DNA of 64,000 bases from Tolypothrix carrinoi HA7290-LM1. Its GTDB lineage: Bacteria; Cyanobacteriota; Cyanobacteriia; Cyanobacteriales; Nostocaceae. Every line of letters begins with the position of its first letter. Within the stretch, counting starts at the first letter, position 1. Below, piece by piece: positions 52,771 through 62,141 of this stretch. The translations under genes and the position numbers were made by a program. The DNA lies in assembly GCA_019358935.1 (NCBI GenBank), contig JAHHIK010000010.1, forward strand, positions 32,001-96,000, read 5' to 3'. Below the pieces are notes generated by a model that was not told the origin of the DNA, did not search any database, and saw only the letters and a program-made list of their open reading frames with translations.

Positions 52771-52844
52771 GTCTTACTTTGTTATGTCAGTTTCCCCAAC
52801 AGTACTAGGTTGCCTAGCATAGTACGCAGCCTATTTGTATTGCT
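52771..52844 (+). repeat. Diverged duplicate of the first ~75 nt of the downstream sugar transferase gene
   Basis: Matches 52919-52991, sharing CAGTACTAGGTTGCCTAGC. Confidence 0.8.
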
Positions 52845-52914
52845 AGGAGTGAGAATTATGAGGTTGCTTCTACCAAATAAATCAATATCAGGATACTGAA
52901 TAGTAAGAAAAATC

Positions 52915-54324
52915 ATGAGTCTTACGAGTTATGTCAGTTCCCCGACCAGTACTAGGTTGCCTAGCGTAATACGCAGCTTACCTCTATTGCTCTTACTGGG
53001 GGACATTTTTGGGTTGTTCATTTGTCTAGCGATCGCGCTTTGGTTGCGTTTAGGTGAAGCATTAAATAAGTTCGATCCGTTCGTTTGGGGTTTTGTGTTG
53101 TTGGTTTTGGTCGAGCTTTATTTGGTAGACGCTTACCATCCAGACAGACAAATTGCAGGTTTGCGGACACCAGCAAGAATTTTGATTGGCAGCATCGGTA
53201 TTAGTATCTTTACCTCTGCCTTGATTTACCTATTTGGTGCTTGGGGAAATTATACCTTGGCAGGGCGGGGTATTCTATTACCCAGCTTGGGAATTTTCAC
53301 AATCTGGGCAATAATCTTACGGCTATTGGCAGTGAAATGGATGCGATCGCAAGCGCAACAGACTCGTTGGCTGATATTGGGTGCAGGTACAAGTGCGATC
53401 AAATTTGTACAAAATTTGCTGACGTTAAATCCCCTCGGTAAATTGGTTGTGCTAGCTGAAGTTGGTCAAGACACTACTCAAAAAGATAGCCATCTCAATT
53501 GTGTAGGTAATTTCAACGACCTGTCAAACTGGAGCCAAGGTTCTTGGTCTGGTGTGGTAGTGGCAAGCGATATTCGTTTTTCCGAACCACAGATCCAGCT
53601 TTTGATGGAAATGCGATTGCGAGGTATTCCAGTTTATCGATTGCCAGATTTTTACGAAAGTATATGGTACAAAATTCCCTCATCCTTGCTACAAGATAAG
53701 TGGTTGGCATTTAGTGCTGGTTTTAACTTGATGCCCGGTTACTTCAGCATGAAGCTGAAGCGGGTTGCCGATTTGATTCTCACCGGTATATTACTTATAT
53801 TTGTGTCTCCAGTGATGCTGCTTGCAGCTTTGGCAATCAAGTTAGATAGTCCGGGTCCTGTGTTCTACAGTCAGTTCCGAAGCGGATTATACGGCAAGCC
53901 ATTTAAGGTTTACAAATTCCGCTCGATGTATCAAGATGCCGAAAAACGAGGAGCGCAGTGGGCAAGTCAACGCGATCCACGTATCACCAAAGTTGGATAT
54001 TGGTTGCGAGTAATGCGAATTGACGAACTACCGCAGATTTGGAATGTGCTGTGCGGTGAGATGACCTTGATTGGTCCGCGTCCAGAAAGACCGGAATTTG
54101 ATGTCAAACTTAAAGAAGCGATTCCCTATTATGAAGTGCGTTATTTGGTAAAGCCAGGAATTACTGGTTGGGCACAGGTGATGTATCCTTACGGTGCATC
54201 GGTTGAAGATGCCTACGAAAAACTAGCTTATGACCTTTACTACATCAAGAATTATTCTCTTTGGTTGGATATGGCGATCGCCTTCAAAACCATTCGAGTT
54301 GTTTTGTTAGGTAAGGGTAGATGA
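52915..54324 (+). CDS. Priming polyprenyl glycosylphosphotransferase (WcaJ/CpsE-like)
   Basis: N-terminal TMs; KFRSM, DPRIT, IDELPQ, GPRPE, KPGITGWAQV. Confidence 0.92.
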   Translation: MSLTSYVSSPTSTRLPSVIRSLPLLLLLGDIFGLFICLAIALWLRLGEALNKFDPFVWGFVLLVLVELYLVDAYHPDRQIAGLRTPARILIGSIGISIFTSALIYLFGAWGNYTLAGRGILLPSLGIFTIWAIILRLLAVKWMRSQAQQTRWLILGAGTSAIKFVQNLLTLNPLGKLVVLAEVGQDTTQKDSHLNCVGNFNDLSNWSQGSWSGVVVASDIRFSEPQIQLLMEMRLRGIPVYRLPDFYESIWYKIPSSLLQDKWLAFSAGFNLMPGYFSMKLKRVADLILTGILLIFVSPVMLLAALAIKLDSPGPVFYSQFRSGLYGKPFKVYKFRSMYQDAEKRGAQWASQRDPRITKVGYWLRVMRIDELPQIWNVLCGEMTLIGPRPERPEFDVKLKEAIPYYEVRYLVKPGITGWAQVMYPYGASVEDAYEKLAYDLYYIKNYSLWLDMAIAFKTIRVVLLGKGR

Positions 54325-55340
54325 AAAACAAAGTATTAGTCACTGGGGGTGCTGGTTACATCGGTTCCCACGTTGTACGTCAACTGGGGTCAGCTGGCTA
54401 CGATGTCGTAGTTTACGATAATTGTTCTACAGGTTCCCGGACATCTGTATTGCACGGTGAATTGATTATTGGCGATTTAGCAGACACCGAGCATCTTTAT
54501 CAAGTCTTTGCCAAGCATCAATTTAGTACAGTGCTGCATTTTGCCGCCAGTCTGAGTGTACCAGAATCAGTTGTCCGTCCCCTCGACTACTACGCCAACA
54601 ACACCCGCAACACTTTGAACTTGCTACGTTGCTGTAGTGTCATGAATGTCAACCAGGTTATTTTTTCCAGTACAGCAGCAGTCTATGGAGAAGTAGGAGA
54701 AAATCCGGTTACTGAGTCAGTTCCAACACAGCCGATTAATCCTTACGGACGCTCAAAGCTGATGAGCGAATGGCTGATTCAAGACGCAGCAGCAGCATCT
54801 TCTCTGCGCTACGTAATTCTACGCTATTTTAATGTAGCAGGTGCTGAACCTGGTGGACGATTAGGGCAAATATCACCGAATGCAACTCATTTGATTGCAG
54901 CTGCAATTAATGCAGCACTCAAGCGCAAAAAAGAAGTGCAAATTTTTGGTACTGATTTTCCCACACCAGATGGCACCGGAATTCGTGACTATATCCACGT
55001 TGAAGACTTAGCGACAGCACATTTAGATGCTTTGCGCTACCTGGAAGAAAACGGTGAAAGCCAAATTCTCAACTGCGGTTACGGACAAGGTTACAGCGTG
55101 CGACAAGTGATTTCACGGGTAAAGGCAATTTCTGGGGTGGATTTTCCCGTTATCGAAACTAACCGTCGTCCAGGCGATCCAGCTTGCGTGACAGCTTGTG
55201 CAGATAAAATCTCTAAAGTACTAGGTTGGCAACCGAAATACAACGACTTAGATAAAATAGTTCACACCTCCCTCGCTTGGGAAATGTACCGTGAAGGTTT
55301 GCTACAGAGTTCTTTAAATAAACCTATGCTGATTCCTTAA
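54321..55340 (+). CDS. galE: UDP-glucose 4-epimerase
   Basis: TGGAGYIGSH, PYGRSK, LRYFNVAG, DGTGIRDYIHV. Confidence 0.92.
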   Translation: MKNKVLVTGGAGYIGSHVVRQLGSAGYDVVVYDNCSTGSRTSVLHGELIIGDLADTEHLYQVFAKHQFSTVLHFAASLSVPESVVRPLDYYANNTRNTLNLLRCCSVMNVNQVIFSSTAAVYGEVGENPVTESVPTQPINPYGRSKLMSEWLIQDAAAASSLRYVILRYFNVAGAEPGGRLGQISPNATHLIAAAINAALKRKKEVQIFGTDFPTPDGTGIRDYIHVEDLATAHLDALRYLEENGESQILNCGYGQGYSVRQVISRVKAISGVDFPVIETNRRPGDPACVTACADKISKVLGWQPKYNDLDKIVHTSLAWEMYREGLLQSSLNKPMLIP

Positions 55341-55380
55341 CCGCAAGTAATGTCAAGTTGACTGCTAACCGACGACTAAT

Positions 55381-55435
55381 CAGGACTTATGCCAAACATC
55401 ACAATAGTAGGGATAATTCATGAATTATCCCTACT
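55381..55435. repeat. Partial copy of the AGGACTTACGC MITE with REP hairpin
   Basis: CAGGACTTATGC, then palindrome AGTAGGGATAATTCATGAATTATCCCTACT. Confidence 0.7.
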
Positions 55436-55456
55436 GTTGAGCCATTAGTCATTTCT

Positions 55457-55681
55457 TTAGACGAACTGAAAAGCAACATTTGCTGTTATTGGTTCTGGCA
55501 ATGGTTTTCCTTGTGCTTGATAATCTTCAATTAAAAGCTCTAAAACTTCCTCACCATTCTTGAGAGCATCTCCATAGGTGTCTCCATGAGTATGTGCGTA
55601 GGGACCAAACTCAGGTAGGCTGACAATGTACTTTTGATCTTCGGTTGACCACTGAATAAGAATGGTATACTGCGGCTTCAT
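55457..55681 (-). CDS. HicB family antitoxin
   Basis: YTILIQWS.ED..YIVSLPEF...THGDTY.DAL...GKPLPEP. Confidence 0.85.
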   Translation of the reverse strand: MKPQYTILIQWSTEDQKYIVSLPEFGPYAHTHGDTYGDALKNGEEVLELLIEDYQAQGKPLPEPITANVAFQFV

Positions 55682-55718
55682 TCGTCTTCTTCCTTATTCT
55701 GAAGCTACGCGTAGCTGA

Positions 55719-56246
55719 TTATAAAGTATCATTTAGGGTGCTGCTTTTGGGCGGTAAAAGGTAAATTGCCCCAGAAATTAACGTCAAAGCGACAGAAACC
55801 CAAAATGCAACCAGGCAAGGCATCTGCCACACTTGAGGAAGAGGTGCAATTAAAAGAGCGATCGCCACTATCTGACTCACTGTTTTCAGCTTACCCCAAA
55901 TATTCGCCCCAGTAATTGTAGCTTGATTAACTCGCCAACCTGCGATCGCTAACTCTCGTCCTAAAATTAAAAATACTCCCCAAGCTGGAACTCGTCCTAA
56001 CTCAATCAAAACCAGTAACGGCGCCAGTACCAGCAATTTATCTACCAACGGATCGAGAAACTTACCCAACTCGCTAATTTGGTTGAGTTTTCGTGCCAAA
56101 TAGCCATCTAACCAATCAGTCAGCGCAGCAACCAGAAAAACCGCCAAACACACCCATCTAAGTTTTGGTGTGGGATTATACAACCCGTAAAGCAGAAATG
56201 GTATACCTAGAAGGCGAGAAAAAGTAATCCAATTTGGTAGAGTCAT
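55719..56246 (-). CDS. pgsA: CDP-diacylglycerol--glycerol-3-phosphate 3-phosphatidyltransferase
   Basis: TLPNWITFSR, DWLDGYLAR...GKFLDPLVDK. Confidence 0.92.
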   Translation of the reverse strand: MTLPNWITFSRLLGIPFLLYGLYNPTPKLRWVCLAVFLVAALTDWLDGYLARKLNQISELGKFLDPLVDKLLVLAPLLVLIELGRVPAWGVFLILGRELAIAGWRVNQATITGANIWGKLKTVSQIVAIALLIAPLPQVWQMPCLVAFWVSVALTLISGAIYLLPPKSSTLNDTL

Positions 56247-56385
56247 CTGTTATCAGGGCAAATAACCTATTATTTAAGTATCTCAGCTACCGCCAAAAAA
56301 AACTTTGCGCCTTTGCGCCTTTGCGTGAGATTATTCTCATCAAGCTATGGGATGATCTGTTTTCTGAGATTTCCTCAAGAATACT

Positions 56386-57819
56386 ATGACTCAAACAGAC
56401 TCCCAATTCCGCACAGAACGCGATTCGATGGGCGATCGCCAAATCCCTAGTAGCGCTTATTACGGCATTCAAACGCTACGGGCAATGGAAAACTTCCCCA
56501 TCAGCGGCATCAAGCCTTTAAGTACTTACGTAGACGCTGGCGTAATTATCAAAAAAGCTACCGCCATCGTCAACGGTCAATTAAAATGCATACCCCAGTC
56601 AATTAGTCAAGCAATTGTGCAAGCGGCTGATGAAGTACTTGCGGGTAAGTTTCGCGATCAATTTGTGGTAGATATTTATCAAGCGGGAGCCGGAACTTCT
56701 CACCACATGAATGTCAACGAAGTACTGGCAAATAGAGCCTTAGAAATTCTCGGAAGCGAAAAAGGCAATTACAAGCAAGTTAGTCCCAATGACCACGTAA
56801 ACTACGGACAGTCTACCAATGATGTGATTCCCACGGCAATTCGCATCGGTGGCTTATTGGCATTGTCAAAGACGTTGCAGCCAGCTTTAGATCAAGCGAT
56901 CGCATCCCTCGAAGAAAAAGCCGACGAATTTCAAGATATCGTCAAATCTGGCAGAACTCACATGCAAGACGCTGTACCTGTGCGCTTGGGTGAAAATTTC
57001 CGCGCTTGGGCACAAATTATCACAGAACATCAAAACCGCATTTATACAGCTTCTGGTGATTTAATGGTGCTGGGTTTGGGAGGTAGCGCTGCCGGAACGG
57101 GGATGAATACTCATCCTGATTATCGCGCTCGTGTAGTGCAAGTTATTTCAGACTTGATAGACTGTCCTTTAGAACCTGCACCTCACTTAATGGCTGCCAT
57201 GCAGAGTATGGCACCATTTGTTAGTGTTTCTGGTGCTTTACGCAACTTAGCACAAGATTTAGTCAAAATATCTCACGATTTGCGGTTGATGGATTCGGGT
57301 CCAAAAACAGGTTTGAAAGAAATTCAATTGCCACCAGTGCAACCGGGTTCCTCAATTATGCCCGGAAAATATAACCCAGTGATGGCAGAGATGACCTCAA
57401 TGGTGTGTTTTCAGGTGATGGGTTACGACAGTGCGATCGCTCTCGCCGCACAAGCCGGACAATTAGAATTAAATGTGATGATGCCGTTGATTGCCTACAA
57501 CCTGATTCACAGCATCGAAATTTTGGGAAATACCATCAAAGCACTTACCTCTAGCTGCATTAAAGGAATTACCGCCAATCGCGATCGTTGTTTGGCTTAC
57601 GCTGAAGGTAGTTTAGCTTTAGTTACGGCATTAAATCCCCATATAGGCTATTTAAATGCTGCGGCTGTAGCCAAAGAATCTTTAGAAACTGGTAAATCCC
57701 TAAGGCAGATTGTCTTAGAAAAAAATCTGATGAACGATGAGGAATTAGCCCAAGTGTTAAATCTAGAACAGATGAGCGGTATCTTACCCCTCAGGGCACT
57801 TGACACAGAAATAGATTAA
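56386..57819 (+). CDS. aspA: Aspartate ammonia-lyase (fumarase class II superfamily)
   Basis: YYGIQTLRA, GQSTND, GSSIMPGKYNP. Confidence 0.8.
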   Translation: MTQTDSQFRTERDSMGDRQIPSSAYYGIQTLRAMENFPISGIKPLSTYVDAGVIIKKATAIVNGQLKCIPQSISQAIVQAADEVLAGKFRDQFVVDIYQAGAGTSHHMNVNEVLANRALEILGSEKGNYKQVSPNDHVNYGQSTNDVIPTAIRIGGLLALSKTLQPALDQAIASLEEKADEFQDIVKSGRTHMQDAVPVRLGENFRAWAQIITEHQNRIYTASGDLMVLGLGGSAAGTGMNTHPDYRARVVQVISDLIDCPLEPAPHLMAAMQSMAPFVSVSGALRNLAQDLVKISHDLRLMDSGPKTGLKEIQLPPVQPGSSIMPGKYNPVMAEMTSMVCFQVMGYDSAIALAAQAGQLELNVMMPLIAYNLIHSIEILGNTIKALTSSCIKGITANRDRCLAYAEGSLALVTALNPHIGYLNAAAVAKESLETGKSLRQIVLEKNLMNDEELAQVLNLEQMSGILPLRALDTEID

Positions 57820-57834
57820 AAAGGAATAAGGGAT

Positions 57835-58127
57835 TAGGGCATTGGGCAATGGGCAATGGGCAATGGGCAATGGGCAATTTGAGGAGGGGAAAAGGGGAGC
57901 CACTGCGTTGGTCCGGCAGTGCGTTGGACGGGTTTCCCGGCAGACGCGCACCTGCCGTCGGCTGTGCCGACTTGAAGCATGTGGCGTTAAAGGGCAAAGG
58001 GTAAAGGGTGAGAAAGAAGAAATATTTCCCCCCCTGCCCCCCTGCTCCCCCTGCTCCCCCTGCCCCCCCTGCCCCCCCTGCCCCCCCTGCTCCCCACTCC
58101 CCACTCCCCACTCCCCATTCCCCATCC
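57835..58127. repeat. Repeat mosaic: GGGCAAT array, nested palindromic element (57899-57985), CCCCCTGC(T/C) and CCCCACT arrays
   Basis: Tandem 7- and 9-mers and stems visible directly. Confidence 0.85.
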
Positions 58128-59096
58128 ATGCATCAAAAACCATCTGTCAGTTTGATTCGGGCTACTTCCTACGAACAAGAAGCGTTACGGGAATCTTTAG
58201 CCCTCCTCCTAGAACCTTTAGGGGGAATGCAGGCATTCGTCAAACCAGGACAACGGGTTTTGCTAAAACCGAATCTTCTCACGGGAGCGCGTCCCGGTAA
58301 AGAGTGTACCACTCGCGCCGAATTAGTTTATCAAGTTGCCAAGATGGTGATTGAGGCTGGTGGTAAGCCTTTTTTGGGAGATAGTCCTGCTTTTGGGAGT
58401 GCTAAGGCAGTAGCGATCGCAAATAACTATCTCCCGATTATCGAAGAACTCAAGCTGCCGATTATAGATTTTCACGGATCGCGTTACGAAACCGTCAACG
58501 AAGACTTTAACCATCTGCTGCTGTGCAAAGAAGCGATGGAAGCAGATGTTGTCATTAACTTGCCTAAGCTAAAATCTCACGCCCAACTAACCTTAACACT
58601 TGGCGTAAAAAACCTCTTTGGTTGCGTTCCCGGCAAAATGAAAGCTTGGTGGCACATGGAAGCTGGGAAAGACGCCAACCGATTTGGAGAAATGTTAGTA
58701 GAAACTGCTAGGGCAATTAACCCAGATTTAACTATTTTAGATGGCATCATCGGTCATGAAGGAAATGGTCCAAGCGGTGGGGAACCTCGTCCACTCGGCG
58801 TTTTAGCCGCATCTGCAAATGTATTTGCCCTCGATAGGGCAATGGTAGAAGTCCTCAATGTTGCACCGGAACAAGTACCTACTCTCGCTGCATCAAAGCG
58901 GTTGGGTTTATGTCCGGAACTTGCGTCAATTGACTTTCCCCACTTACATCCTGATTTACTAAAAATAGATGATTGGCGTCTACCAGATAAATTAATGCCT
59001 ATCGATTTTGGAATGCCCCGCGTGATTAAATCTACGTTTAAGCATCTTTACATCCGTTTTATCAAAGAACCGATGAGTGCTTATGGGAAAGGGTAG
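58128..59096 (+). CDS. DUF362 domain protein
   Basis: VLLKPNL, INLPKLKSH, TLGVKNLFG, EGNGP; real start MHQKPSV at 58128. Confidence 0.85.
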   Translation: MHQKPSVSLIRATSYEQEALRESLALLLEPLGGMQAFVKPGQRVLLKPNLLTGARPGKECTTRAELVYQVAKMVIEAGGKPFLGDSPAFGSAKAVAIANNYLPIIEELKLPIIDFHGSRYETVNEDFNHLLLCKEAMEADVVINLPKLKSHAQLTLTLGVKNLFGCVPGKMKAWWHMEAGKDANRFGEMLVETARAINPDLTILDGIIGHEGNGPSGGEPRPLGVLAASANVFALDRAMVEVLNVAPEQVPTLAASKRLGLCPELASIDFPHLHPDLLKIDDWRLPDKLMPIDFGMPRVIKSTFKHLYIRFIKEPMSAYGKG

Positions 59097-59516
59097 TGGA
59101 TAGTGGATGGTTGATAGTGGATAGTGGATGGTTGATAGTGGATGGTTGATAGTGGATGGTTGATAGTGGATAGTGGATAGTGGATGGTTGATAGTGGATA
59201 GTGGATGGTTGATAGTGGATAGTGGATGGTTGATAGTGGATAGTGGATAGTGGATGGTGGATGGTTGATAGTGGATAGTGGATGGTTGATAGTGGATAGT
59301 GGATAGTGGATGGTTGATAGTGGATAGTGGATGGTTGATAGTGGATGGTTGATAGTGGATGGTTGATAGTGGATAGTGGATGGTTGTAACGAGTGCTTTT
59401 TGACAACCAACAACCAACAACCAACAACCAACAACCAACAACCAACAACCAACACCCAACAACCAACAACCAACAACTAACAACCAACAACTAACAACCA
59501 ACAACCAACTATCCAC
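59094..59516. repeat. STRR arrays: ~42 TAGTGGA/TGGTTGA units (59094-59386), then an opposed CAACCAA/CAACTAA array (59403-59516)
   Basis: Tandem 7-mers. Confidence 0.95.
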
Positions 59517-59520
59517 AAAT

Positions 59521-59563
59521 GCAAACTTCGCTACAACAATCTTCATTCTTGGCAGAGTAAGCT
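59521..59563 (+). promoter_or_regulatory. NtcA-activated-type promoter: GCA-N8-TAC, 23 nt, TAAGCT
   Basis: Imperfect NtcA box 59521-59534 and TA-N3-T at 59558-59563 at near-canonical spacing. Confidence 0.55.
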
Positions 59564-59565
59564 GT

Positions 59566-59618
59566 AATTACCCTCCGATTGCTTAACCAGACCGCCCTAT
59601 TTTAGTGGCGGTTTTTTT
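59566..59618 (+). ncRNA. nsiR4: Probable NsiR4 nitrogen-stress sRNA (short form)
   Basis: ACCCTCCGATTGCT core recalled from NsiR4, terminator ACCGCC..GGCGGT-T7, NtcA-type promoter upstream. Confidence 0.7.
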
Positions 59619-60410
59619 CGTTTCGTTTATTTGTTAAATTGTTATAAGATTTATCATTTTTTCCACCGGAATTTTTTTCAGCTTTTAACTGATAGCTTTA
59701 TTAATTTGGATTCTGTATTAATCATTGACTTTTATTTTAGGTAAAAGTATTTATACTCTACCTATATATAGATTGACAAAATTCAAGTAATATCACTCAG
59801 ATTATAACTTCAAATTTTTAAACATTTTTCTTCCTTCTAATCACTGATTAACAATTTAAAACACTTTTGATTTATCTGTATTTATTCGGTGTTAATTATG
59901 ATGAAAATTGATTATTGCTTAAGTGGCGATCGCCTCTTGAAAAAATTATCGTGTAACTACTTATAATTATCGAAAACACAGATACCTTGTGGGTGATTAT
60001 TTAGTATGTATACTCGGCATTCAACAGGTTATCACCGCAAAACGCCCTTTACAAAAGCGTTTTCGGATGTTGTAATTGTCAAAGATGAATAAAAATATCT
60101 TTTTTTAGTAATCTAAAATACAAAATTAATTGTAATTTTTAATGCTGTTGTTGCCCCAGATGCTGAATCTATCCATAACACCGTACCATGAAGTATATTG
60201 AGATATTAGTCACCAATAAACAAGAATAACTAAATTGCGGCTTCGTATCAAATATCTTTGGTATGAGAAAAGAAGTATTATGACAGTTTAATAAGTGGAT
60301 GATATTATTGAATACTAAATAGCTTATAATTTAAAAGTAGCTAAATATAACAGCAAGACTCTCAAGTTTGAGAGTTGAGCAACAAGTGATGTGAAAACCT
60401 GCAATCTTCT

Positions 60411-60596
60411 ATGAATTCAAATAGCCAGTCTGCCAATCCCGACACATATTCCCATCGTTTGGCAGACATTGTGGGAACAGTGATCGCTCTGTTAACTCTA
60501 ACGTTACCAATCTTTGTCATCGCTAATTATTCTTCAACCAGCGTTCAGAATAATCAGCAACCCATTACGTACAACATAAAAACTAGTGAATATTAA
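60411..60596 (+). CDS. Small single-TM protein, 61 aa
   Basis: ADIVGTVIALLTLTLPIFVIA hydrophobic segment. Confidence 0.6.
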   Translation: MNSNSQSANPDTYSHRLADIVGTVIALLTLTLPIFVIANYSSTSVQNNQQPITYNIKTSEY

Positions 60597-60969
60597 ACAA
60601 AAATTAACAGTATAATTACAAAAACAAGAAAGTGACAACAGAAAGCTTTCTTTGGCGCGAATGTTCGCGTCAGAATTTCATAGAGAATTTTTCATTACTC
60701 GGCTTTCGATAAGTCCGAGTAGAGGTTTCCTGAGTTCGGAACTTGGGGAGCCGTTTAAACTTTTTTGACTTTTTTGAAAAGCTAGGGATTTAAGCACGCT
60801 CCGCATACTTAATTTATTGACAATGCAAAGATTTTCGATGAAGAAAGCATACTCCGCAAATGAAACCGTTTGAACTAAGTATTTTGGGATATGTCCATAT
60901 TAGCCTAAAATTCTACACGGGGAGCCGTTGCGTGCGCCCATGATTCACTGTTAGCTGAGGATTTTTATT

Positions 60970-61512
60970 GTGGACTTATCCCGTATTCCTGCCCAACCTA
61001 AACCGGGTCTAATCAACGTTCTGATTGAAATTACTGCTGGAAGTAAAAATAAATACGAATACGACAAAGACATACAAGCTTTTGCTCTAGACCGAGTACT
61101 TTATTCTTCGGTACAATATCCCTATGACTATGGTTTTGTACCCAACACGCTGGCTGATGATGGCGATCCGTTGGATGGGATGGTGATAATCGACGAGCCA
61201 ACCTTTCCAGGGTGTATCATTGCAGCAAGACCGATTGGGATGTTAGAGATGATTGACGGAGGCGATCGCGATGAAAAAATTCTTTGCGTACCCGACAAAG
61301 ATCCACGCTACAAAGACGTTAGATCCATCAAAGACCTAGCGCAACACCGATTGGATGAAATTGCCGAATTTTTCCGCAGTTATAAAAATTTGGAAAAAAA
61401 GGTGACAGAAATTCGCGGTTGGCTAGATGTTGACCATGTTATGCCCTTAGTAGAACAGTGCATCAAAGCTGGTAGCGAAAAAGGTCGGGATTCGGATTCG
61501 GAAACTACCTGA
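60970..61512 (+). CDS. ppa: Inorganic pyrophosphatase
   Basis: [24 protein letters not shown]. Confidence 0.96.
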   Translation: MDLSRIPAQPKPGLINVLIEITAGSKNKYEYDKDIQAFALDRVLYSSVQYPYDYGFVPNTLADDGDPLDGMVIIDEPTFPGCIIAARPIGMLEMIDGGDRDEKILCVPDKDPRYKDVRSIKDLAQHRLDEIAEFFRSYKNLEKKVTEIRGWLDVDHVMPLVEQCIKAGSEKGRDSDSETT

Positions 61513-61746
61513 ACAAATCAACCAAAGTCAAGAATTCAGAATTTGTGAAGTTAGCAATATCTCAATTTGGGTAGGGTTTCTTACTGCCACAAGCATTTTT
61601 CCTCCAGGCTCTATACTATGAGCAGGGGGTGCAAATGTACGCCGTTTATTCATCCCACGCAAAGCGTAACATATTATGCTGACTCCTGAATTCTGAATAC
61701 TGTATTTTTTCTTGATAGCTCAATTGGCACAGAATCCCTAAAAGTA

Positions 61747-62130
61747 ATGCAGCGCACGCTCCTTTTGGCAAAAATTCACAACTGCACCCTCACGGGGGCG
61801 AATATCAATTACGTCGGTAGTATCAGCATCGACCAAATTTTGTTAGATAAATCTGGCATTTTACCCTACGAGCAGGTGCAAGTAGTGAATGTTGCCAATG
61901 GCGAGCGTTTCATTACTTATGCGATCCCCGCTCCAGCCAATTCAGGAACAATTGAATTAAATGGGGCTGCGGCACGTCTAGGCATTATCGGCGATCGCTT
62001 GATTATAATGGCTTACGGGCAGTTCACCACAGAAGAGTTAAAAAATTACTCTCCTACGGTTGTCATTGTAGATGAAAAAAACCGACTCTCCCAAGTACGG
62101 CACTACGATGACCTGCTCAGTAAAGTCTAG
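61747..62130 (+). CDS. panD: Aspartate 1-decarboxylase
   Basis: [27 protein letters not shown]. Confidence 0.95.
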   Translation: MQRTLLLAKIHNCTLTGANINYVGSISIDQILLDKSGILPYEQVQVVNVANGERFITYAIPAPANSGTIELNGAAARLGIIGDRLIIMAYGQFTTEELKNYSPTVVIVDEKNRLSQVRHYDDLLSKV

Positions 62131-62141
62131 TTATAAGCAAA

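Noticed and set aside
57784..58300. Several overlapping Gly/Pro-rich ORFs and the Pro-rich N-terminus of DUF362
   Set aside because: They arise from tandem 7- and 9-mer repeats; a plausible ATG lies at 58128
59094..59516. Possible CRISPR array or real ORFs (58992-59546, 59062-59490, 59081-59476)
   Set aside because: Contiguous 7-mers with no unique spacers and no cas genes; the ORFs are translations of the repeat
61526..61700. Possible MITE remnant with GAATTCAGAA/TTCTGAATTC-like arms between ppa and panD
   Set aside because: Arms too short and degenerate to define boundaries
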